NCBI RefSeq assembly: GCF_000014785.1
Contig: NC_008340.1
Span: 1,110,001-1,142,000 of the forward strand
Length of the DNA: 32,000 nt
Direction: 5' to 3'
Origin: Alkalilimnicola ehrlichii MLHE-1
GTDB taxonomy: Bacteria; Pseudomonadota; Gammaproteobacteria; Nitrococcales; Halorhodospiraceae
Part shown: positions 25,365-32,000 of the stretch, piece by piece
How positions within the stretch are numbered: position 1 is the first letter of the stretch
Layout: every line of letters starts with the position of its first letter
Translations under genes and position numbers: made by a program
The notes under the pieces: generated by a model
The model's database searches: none
What the model was told of the DNA's origin: nothing
The model's input: only the letters and a program-made list of their open reading frames with translations

Positions 25365-26060
25365 TCAGTTGACGGAGCGGACCCGCACGATCTGCCAGGC
25401 ACGCCAGATATAGCCGTAGGGCACGCTCCAGATGTGCACCAAGCGGGTGAAGGGGAAGACCAGGAACATCACCATGCCCAGGAACATGTGGATCTTGTAG
25501 ATCCAGTGGATGTCGTAGATGGTCGCTGCCGCATCCGCCTGGAAGGTCACCAGCCCCTGTGCCCAGGCAACGATCTGCAGCATGGTGCCGCCGTCCAGGT
25601 GGCCCATGGAGATTGGGATCGTCAGCAGGCCGGTGAGCAGCTGGGCGGCCAGCAGGACCAGAATGAACGAGTCCATGGGGTAGCTGGTCCGCCGCACCCG
25701 CGGGTCGGTGAACCGCCGGTGCAGCAGGATGGCCACGCCCACCAGGGTGATGATGCCGAAGATACCGCCGGCCACGATGGCCAGCACCTGCTTAGCGCCG
25801 GCGGTCAGACCCACTGCGCTGTAGATGGCTTGCGGTGTGAGCAGACCGAAGAAGTGGCCGAGGAACAGCCCGATGATGCCGATGTGGAAGAGGTTGATCC
25901 CCAGGCGGAAACGGGGGCCACCGGACATCAGCTGGGTGGTGTTGCTCTTCCAGGTGTACTGGCTCTTCTCAAAGCGCAGCAGACTCCCTATCAGGAACAC
26001 CGTCCCTGCGATGTAGGGAAACACCGCGAACGCCAGGTCGTGAAGGTATGTGGCAAACAT
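25365..26060 (-). CDS. narI: Respiratory nitrate reductase gamma subunit NarI
   Basis: 231 aa, five TM helices, heme-ligand His region, FRKGSLLFHIGIIGLF-like NLFHIGIIGLFLGHFFG. Confidence 0.97.
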   Translation of the reverse strand: MFATYLHDLAFAVFPYIAGTVFLIGSLLRFEKSQYTWKSNTTQLMSGGPRFRLGINLFHIGIIGLFLGHFFGLLTPQAIYSAVGLTAGAKQVLAIVAGGIFGIITLVGVAILLHRRFTDPRVRRTSYPMDSFILVLLAAQLLTGLLTIPISMGHLDGGTMLQIVAWAQGLVTFQADAAATIYDIHWIYKIHMFLGMVMFLVFPFTRLVHIWSVPYGYIWRAWQIVRVRSVN

Positions 26061-26078
26061 GATCAGAACTCCTCAGTG

Positions 26079-26774
26079 TCAGGCACTGTTGCGCGACAGG
26101 TTGGCCCAATTCACCGGCACGGCCTGTCCCTGATTGGTCTTCGGTGCGCCGCAGCCACCGGCCGTGGGGCCGAAGGTCACCGGTTCCTCGGCCCAGACGC
26201 GGTCCAGTGCCTCAGCGGTGTCGTCCCGCTCCTCCTGCTGCAGTTGGCGCTGCATCTGCTCGTCAGCGGTTTCCAACCCGGCCGTGTCGAGCAACGCCTT
26301 GAATAGCCACTGGTAGTCGCATTCCCGCTCCTGCAGGCGGCCGTGCAGCTTCTGCAGCAGGTAATGCGCCTCCATCAGCCAACTCAACGCCGCCGGGCGT
26401 TCCAGCCGTGAGCAGAACTCCAGGAAAAGGGGCACGTAGTCGGGCAGTTCCCGGCTATCGATGACCAGTCCCTCTTCCTGGTAGAAGTTGATGAGTTCCA
26501 CCATGGCTTGTCCCCGGTCCCTCGACTCGCCGTGCAGATGCTCGAACAGGTAGAGGGAGAGGGCGCGGCTGCGGTCGAACAGGGCCGAGTAGTCGGCCTG
26601 CAGATCCAGCAGATCGCTGTCGCGCAGGCGACGGACCAGGGCCGTCAGGCCCTGGCGCGTCTCCGGGGTCAGGGACTCATCCGCCTGGAACAGGGCAATG
26701 AGCGAGTCCGCGTGGGCCTGGGCCGCCTCGGAGGGGTAGTCCATGAGCACGGAGATGGCCTTCAGGGTCTTCAT
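26079..26774 (-). CDS. narJ: Nitrate reductase maturation chaperone NarJ
   Basis: NarJ/TorD-like sequence (LSVLMDYPSE, YVPLFLEF) between narH and narI. Confidence 0.95.
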   Translation of the reverse strand: MKTLKAISVLMDYPSEAAQAHADSLIALFQADESLTPETRQGLTALVRRLRDSDLLDLQADYSALFDRSRALSLYLFEHLHGESRDRGQAMVELINFYQEEGLVIDSRELPDYVPLFLEFCSRLERPAALSWLMEAHYLLQKLHGRLQERECDYQWLFKALLDTAGLETADEQMQRQLQQEERDDTAEALDRVWAEEPVTFGPTAGGCGAPKTNQGQAVPVNWANLSRNSA

Positions 26775-28354
26775 GACGTGCCCTCCTTCTGCTTCTCGGC
26801 TTCCTCGGCCGGCGCCGATGGCTCCTCGCGGACGGGGTAGGCCCGGCGGGAGGCCCGGCGGCCACCGAAGATGTCCTGCGGGCTGACACCGTTGCTGGCG
26901 GCGTTGCAGCCGTCGCCGAAGCTGAAGCCGCAGCCGGAGCGCTCGCCGTAGGCATCGTCGGCGGCCAGTTCCCGGTTGGCGGCCGGGACGTCGAACCGAT
27001 CCTCGTAGTTGGCAATGGCCATGATCTGGTACATGTCCTCCACCGTGGCCTCGTCCAGGCCGACCTGTTCGAGGACCTGGTGGTTGGGCTTGCCCTCCAC
27101 GGTCTGGCTGCGTTTAAAGTGGCGCATGGCCAGCATTCGCTGCAGGGCCGTCACCACCGGACGTTCATCGCCGGCGGTCAGCATGTTGGCCAGGTACTTG
27201 ACCGGAATGCGCAGCGAGTTCACATCCGGAATCAGTCCGTCGTTCTCGAGGGTGCCCGCATCGGCGGCGGACTGGATGGGGGAGAGCGGCGGGATGTACC
27301 AGACCATCGGCAGCGTGCGGTACTCCGGGTGCAGCGGGAAGGCGACCTTCCAATCCATGGCCATCTTGTAGACCGGCGAGCGTTTCGCGGCCTCCAGCCA
27401 GGCGTGCGGGATGCCCGCCTTCTTGGCCTCGGCGATGACCTCCGGGTCATGGGGGTCGAGGAAGACCGACATCTGCTTCTCGTACAGGTCCTGTTCCGAG
27501 GCGGTGGAGGCGGCCTCCGAGATCTTGTCGGCGTCGTAGAGGATGACGCCCAGATAACGGATGCGCCCCACGCAGGTCTCCGAACAGACCGTGGGCTGGC
27601 CCACCTCGATACGGGGGAAGCAGAAGGTGCACTTTTCCGATTTACCGCTCTGCCAGTTGTAGTAGATCTTCTTGTACGGGCAGCCGCTGATGCACATCCG
27701 CCAGCCCCGGCACTTGTCCTGGTCGATCAGGACGATGCCGTCCTCCTCGCGCTTGTAGATCGCGCCCGAGGGGCAGGAGGCCACGCAGGAGGGGTTGAGG
27801 CAGTGCTCGCACAACCGCGGCAGGTACATCAGGAAGGTGTTCTCGAACTGGCCGTAGATCTCCTTCTGCACCTTGGCGAAGTTGTAGTCCTTGGACCGCT
27901 TCTCGAACTCGCCGCCGAGGATCTCCTCCCAGTTGGGGCCCCACTCGATCTTGTCCATCGGGTAGCCGGTGAGCGCCGAGAAGGGTTTGGCCACGGGCTG
28001 ATACTTCGACGCCGGGGCGTTCTGCAGCCGCTGGTAGTCGAAGTTGAACGGCTCGTAGTAATCGTCGATGGACGGCAGGTCCGGGTTGTAGAAGATGTTG
28101 GACAGAATCCGCCACTTGCCCCCGGCCCGGGGCTCCAGGCGGCCGTTACGCACCGCCCAGCCACCGTTCCAGCGGTCCTGGTTCTCCCAGTCCTTGGGGT
28201 AGCCGACGCCGGGCTTGGACTCCACATTGTTGAACCACACGTACTCCATGCCCTCGCGGGAGGTCCATACGTTCTTGCAGGTGATCGAGCAGGTGTGGCA
28301 CCCGATGCACTTGTCCAGATTCAGGACTTTTCCGATTTGCGCCCGGACTCTCAT
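26771..28354 (-). CDS. narH: Respiratory nitrate reductase beta subunit NarH
   Basis: MRVRAQIGKVLNLDKCIGCHTCSITCKNVWTSREGMEYVWFNNVE and four Cys clusters for Fe-S. Confidence 0.98.
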   Translation of the reverse strand: MRVRAQIGKVLNLDKCIGCHTCSITCKNVWTSREGMEYVWFNNVESKPGVGYPKDWENQDRWNGGWAVRNGRLEPRAGGKWRILSNIFYNPDLPSIDDYYEPFNFDYQRLQNAPASKYQPVAKPFSALTGYPMDKIEWGPNWEEILGGEFEKRSKDYNFAKVQKEIYGQFENTFLMYLPRLCEHCLNPSCVASCPSGAIYKREEDGIVLIDQDKCRGWRMCISGCPYKKIYYNWQSGKSEKCTFCFPRIEVGQPTVCSETCVGRIRYLGVILYDADKISEAASTASEQDLYEKQMSVFLDPHDPEVIAEAKKAGIPHAWLEAAKRSPVYKMAMDWKVAFPLHPEYRTLPMVWYIPPLSPIQSAADAGTLENDGLIPDVNSLRIPVKYLANMLTAGDERPVVTALQRMLAMRHFKRSQTVEGKPNHQVLEQVGLDEATVEDMYQIMAIANYEDRFDVPAANRELAADDAYGERSGCGFSFGDGCNAASNGVSPQDIFGGRRASRRAYPVREEPSAPAEEAEKQKEGTS

Positions 28355-31300
28355 GCCTGTTCCTCCGCGTCGTAGATGCTCTCGTCGTCACCGTCCAGCC
28401 AGTCCACGCGGTCCATCTTGCGCACGACCACGAATTCGTCGCGGTTGGAACCGACGGTGCCGTAATAGTTGAAGCCGTAGCTGAGCTGGGCGTAGCCCCC
28501 GATCATGTGGGTCGGCTTGATGACCGCCCGGGTGACCGAGTTGTGGATGCCGCCACGCTCGCCGGTGATCTCGGATCCGGGGGTGTTCACCAGCTTCTCC
28601 TGGGCGTGGTACATCATCACCATGCCCTCACGGACCCGCTGGCTGACCACGGCGCGGGCCACCAGGGAGCCGTTGCTGTTGAAGCACTCGATCCAGTCGT
28701 TGTCGACGATGCCGACCTTTTTGGCATCGATCTCGCTGATCCACACGCAGGGGCCGCCACGGGACAACGTGAGCATGATCAGGTTGTCCGTGTAGGTGCT
28801 GTGGATACCCCACTTCTGGTGCGGGGTGATCCAGTTCAGCGCGATCTCCTCGTTGCCGTTACCGCGTACACCCTGCACCGTCTGGGTGGTGCGCATGTTT
28901 ACCGGCGGCCGGTAGCAGACGAAGCCCTCGCCGAAGGCGCGCATCCAGGGGTGGTCCTGGTAGAGCTGCTGGCGGCCAGAGAGGGTGCGCCAGGGGATCA
29001 GCTCATGCACGTTGGTGTAGCCAGCGTTGTAGGAGACGTGCTCCGACTCCAAACCCGACCAGGTGGGCGATGAGATGATCTTGCGCGGTTGCGCGGCCAG
29101 GTCGCGGAAGCGCAGTTTCTCCTCCTCGCGGGGCAGGGCCAGGTGGGTGTGGTCGCGCCCGGTCTGTTTGGAGAGCGCCGCCCAGGCCTTGACCGCCACC
29201 TCACCGTTGGTCTCCGGGGCCAGCGACAGAATGGTGTCCGCCGCCTCGATGGCGGTGTTGATCCGGGGCAGCCCCTGGTTGGCCGCCCCTTCCTTGCGGT
29301 GCTGGCCGTTCAGCCGGCCCAGCAGGTCCACCTCGTGCTCGGTGTTCCAGCTGATGCCCTTGCCGCCGTTGCCCAGCTTGGTCATCAGCGGGCCCAGGGC
29401 GGTGAAGCGGGCGTAGACGTTGGGGTAGTCGCGCTCCACCGGGACCAGTGCCGGCATGGTCTTGCCCGGGATGGGGTCGCATTCGCCCTTGTGCCATTCC
29501 TTGACGTCCAGGGCCTGGCCCAGCTCGGCCGGGCTGTCGTGCAACAGGGGCAGGGTGACGATGTCGGTCTCCTTGCCCAGGTGGCCCTCAACCAGTTTGG
29601 AGAAGGTCTTGGCCAGCCCCTTGTAGATCTCCCAGTCGGTGCGGGACTCCCAGCAGGGGTTGACCGCCTCGCACAGCGGGTGGATGAAGGGGTGCATGTC
29701 CGAGGTGTTGAGGTCGTCCTTCTCGTACCAGGTGGCCGTGGGCAGCACCACGTCGGAGTAGAGGCAGGTGGTGGACATGCGGAAGTCCAGCGTGGTCAGC
29801 AGATCGAGCTTGCCGCGAGTCTCCTCCTCGCGCCAGACCACCTCTTGGGGCTTCTCCGCACCCTCCTCGCCGAGGTCTTTGCCCTGTACGCCGTGCTTGG
29901 TGCCCAGCAGGTGCTTGAGGAAGTACTCGTGGCCCTTGCCGCTGGAACCGAGCAGGTTGGAGCGCCAGACGAACAGGTTGCGCGGGAAGTTGGCCGGGTT
30001 GTCCGGGTCCTCGCAGGCCATGCGCAGCCGGCCACTCTTGAGCTGCTCGACCACATAGTCCTTCGGGTCCTTTCCGGCCTTGGCCGCCTCCTTGGCCACC
30101 TCCAGCGGGTTGGCGCCGAGCTGCGGGGCGGAGGGCAGCCAGCCCATGCGCTCCGAGCGGACGTTGAAGTCGATCAGACTGCCCTGGAAGTCCTCTTTGT
30201 TGGCCAGCGGCGAGAGCATGTCCGCCACATTCAGCTTCTCGTAGCGCCACTGGTCGGTGTGGGCGTAGAAGAAGGAGGTGGAGTTCATGTGCCGCGGCGG
30301 ACGCGCCCAGTCGAGGGCGAAGGCCAGCGGCTGCCAGCCGGTCTGCGGACGCAGCTTCTCCTGGCCGACGTAGTGGGCCCAGCCGCCGCCGCTCTGACCG
30401 ATACACCCGCAGAAGACCAGCATGTTGATCACGCTGCGGTAGTTCATGTCCATGTGGTACCAGTGGTTCATGGCGGCACCGATGATGATCATGGACTTGC
30501 CACGGGTCTTGTTGGCGTTGTCGGCGAAGCGCCGGGCCACCTTGATCACCTTGTCACGCGGTACACCGGTGATCTGCTCCTGCCAGGCGGGGGTGTAGGG
30601 CTTGTTTTCGTCGTAGCTCTTGGGGGTGTTCTCGCAGTCCAGGCCGCGGTCCACGCCGTAGTGGGCGGTGATCAGGTCGTACACCGAGGCGGCCAGCACC
30701 TCCTCGCCGTCGGCCAGCTTTATCTTGCGCACCGGCACCTTGCGGTAGATCACCTCCTCCTGGGGGTTGGCGGTGAACCGGCCCAGTTCGTGCTCCTGGC
30801 CGCCGAAGTAGGGGAAGCCCACCAGGGCCACCTCGTCGCGGCTGTCCAGGTGCGAGAGCTGCAGCTTCGTCTCCTTGCCGCTGGCTTCCTTCTCCTCCAG
30901 GTTCCACTGGCCATCCTCGCCCCAGCGGAAGCCGATGGAGCCATTCGGGACCACCAGTGAGTCGCTCTTCTCGTCCCAGGCGATGGTCTTCCACTCGGGG
31001 TTGTTCTTCTGACCGAGCGCCTTGTCGAGGTCTGACGCCCGCAGAAAGCGGTCGGCCTGGTAGCCCTTGTCGGTCTTCTCCAGACGGACCAGGCAGGGCA
31101 TGTCGGTGTACTGGCGGGCGTAGTCGCGGAAGTAGTCGCTGGGATTGTCCACGTGGAATTCCTTGAGGATCACGTGGCCCAGGGCCATACCCAACGCGGA
31201 GTCGGTGCCCTGCTGGGGGTTCAGCCAGATGTCGCCGAACTTGGAGGCCTCGGAGTAGTCCGGGCAGACGGTGACGATCTCGGTGCCCTTGTACCGTACC

Positions 31301-32000
31301 TCGGTCATGAAGTGGGCATCGGGCGTGCGGGTCTGCGGGACGTTGGAACCCCACATCATGATGAAGCCGGCGTTGTACCAGTCGGCTGATTCCGGCACGT
31401 CGGTCTGCTCACCCCAGGTCTGCGGGCTGCTGGGGGGCAGGTCGCAGTACCAGTCGTAGAAGCTCATGCACACGCCGCCGAGCAGTGACATGTAGCGGGA
31501 GCCGGCGGCGTAGCTGACCATGGACATGGCCGGGATCGGAGAAAAGCCGATCACTCGGTCCGGGCCGTGCTCTTTGATGGTGTGGATATTGGCGGAGGCG
31601 ACCAGCTCGTTCACCTCGTCCCAGTCGGAGCGCACCATGTCGCCCAGGCCTCGGCGGCTCTTGTAGAGCTCGGCCTTCTTGGGGTCGCCGACAATGGAGG
31701 CCCAGGCGTCCACCGGGTCTTTGTGCTTCTTGCGCGCCTCGCGCCACATGCGCAGCAGCGTGCCGCGGATCATCGGGTACTTCAGCCGGTTGGCGCTGTA
31801 GATGTACCAGGAGTAGCTGGCGCCACGGCCGCAGCCGCGCGGCTCGTGGTTGGGCAGCTCCGGCCGGGTGCGCGGGTAGTCGGTCTGCTGGGTCTCCCAG
31901 GTGACCAGGCCGTTTTTCACGTAGATCTTCCAGCTGCAGGAGCCGGTGCAGTTCACCCCGTGGGTGGAGCGCACGACCTTGTCGTGCTGCCAGCGGCTGC
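28351..32000 (-). CDS. narG: Respiratory nitrate reductase alpha subunit NarG (N-terminus off the right edge)
   Basis: SRWQHDKVVRSTHGVNCTGSCSWKIYVKNGLVTWETQQTDYPRTRPELPNHEPRGC... The frame stays open to 32000, so the tracked start at 31974 is internal. Confidence 0.98.
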   Translation of the reverse strand, partial: SRWQHDKVVRSTHGVNCTGSCSWKIYVKNGLVTWETQQTDYPRTRPELPNHEPRGCGRGASYSWYIYSANRLKYPMIRGTLLRMWREARKKHKDPVDAWASIVGDPKKAELYKSRRGLGDMVRSDWDEVNELVASANIHTIKEHGPDRVIGFSPIPAMSMVSYAAGSRYMSLLGGVCMSFYDWYCDLPPSSPQTWGEQTDVPESADWYNAGFIMMWGSNVPQTRTPDAHFMTEVRYKGTEIVTVCPDYSEASKFGDIWLNPQQGTDSALGMALGHVILKEFHVDNPSDYFRDYARQYTDMPCLVRLEKTDKGYQADRFLRASDLDKALGQKNNPEWKTIAWDEKSDSLVVPNGSIGFRWGEDGQWNLEEKEASGKETKLQLSHLDSRDEVALVGFPYFGGQEHELGRFTANPQEEVIYRKVPVRKIKLADGEEVLAASVYDLITAHYGVDRGLDCENTPKSYDENKPYTPAWQEQITGVPRDKVIKVARRFADNANKTRGKSMIIIGAAMNHWYHMDMNYRSVINMLVFCGCIGQSGGGWAHYVGQEKLRPQTGWQPLAFALDWARPPRHMNSTSFFYAHTDQWRYEKLNVADMLSPLANKEDFQGSLIDFNVRSERMGWLPSAPQLGANPLEVAKEAAKAGKDPKDYVVEQLKSGRLRMACEDPDNPANFPRNLFVWRSNLLGSSGKGHEYFLKHLLGTKHGVQGKDLGEEGAEKPQEVVWREEETRGKLDLLTTLDFRMSTTCLYSDVVLPTATWYEKDDLNTSDMHPFIHPLCEAVNPCWESRTDWEIYKGLAKTFSKLVEGHLGKETDIVTLPLLHDSPAELGQALDVKEWHKGECDPIPGKTMPALVPVERDYPNVYARFTALGPLMTKLGNGGKGISWNTEHEVDLLGRLNGQHRKEGAANQGLPRINTAIEAADTILSLAPETNGEVAVKAWAALSKQTGRDHTHLALPREEEKLRFRDLAAQPRKIISSPTWSGLESEHVSYNAGYTNVHELIPWRTLSGRQQLYQDHPWMRAFGEGFVCYRPPVNMRTTQTVQGVRGNGNEEIALNWITPHQKWGIHSTYTDNLIMLTLSRGGPCVWISEIDAKKVGIVDNDWIECFNSNGSLVARAVVSQRVREGMVMMYHAQEKLVNTPGSEITGERGGIHNSVTRAVIKPTHMIGGYAQLSYGFNYYGTVGSNRDEFVVVRKMDRVDWLDGDDESIYDAEEQA

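Noticed and set aside
24852-26306. 484-aa ORF on the + strand
   Set aside because: Antisense to the PPIase gene, narI and narJ; includes translation across the 31-bp palindrome and has no recognisable domain.
27080-28375. 431-aa ORF on the + strand
   Set aside because: Antisense to narH; shadow ORF.
29089-30960. 623-aa ORF on the + strand
   Set aside because: Fully antisense to narG, whose identity is certain; long antisense frames are expected in strongly GC3-biased DNA. Translation is low-complexity with no domain.
31153-31974. Possible true narG start at 31974
   Set aside because: That start is an internal GTG; upstream codons (SRWQHDKVV) continue the conserved NarG N-terminus to the window edge.

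Overview
The whole window can be assigned to conserved gene families of a high-GC gammaproteobacterium. An Ectothiorhodospiraceae host such as Alkalilimnicola or Halorhodospira is my inference, not proven. Left edge: a divergently transcribed, partial outer-membrane protein with a His-rich loop; its promoter overlaps two tandem TGCAA-N5-TTGCA palindromes (Zur/Fur-like layout). Positions 1.4-19.8 kb: a polar-flagellum and chemotaxis locus, fliLMNOPQR-flhB-flhA-flhF-fleN-fliA-cheY-cheZ-cheA-cheB-parC(ParA-like)-parP-cheW, with good RpoN-type -24/-12 elements before fliL and, more weakly, flhB. Then a small ComEA-like HhH protein, an SDR reductase (fabG/phbB-like, minus strand) and a DinG-family helicase. 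Right part (minus strand): narG(partial)-narH-narJ-narI, followed by a PpiC/NifM-like prolyl isomerase, an uncharacterised 136-aa protein, a DsrC/TusE-family protein lacking both C-terminal cysteines, and an uncharacterised Cys-rich 150-aa protein. No CRISPR, tRNA, rRNA or mobile element was recognised. I found no clearly new system. The most promising leads are the nar-linked accessory set with the cysteine-less DsrC-like protein, the triplicated ISDEEFEALLDxLHGKG motif in the CheA linker next to parC/parP, the duplicated Trp motif in the extended FliN N-terminus, and the tandem operator upstream of the His-rich outer-membrane protein.
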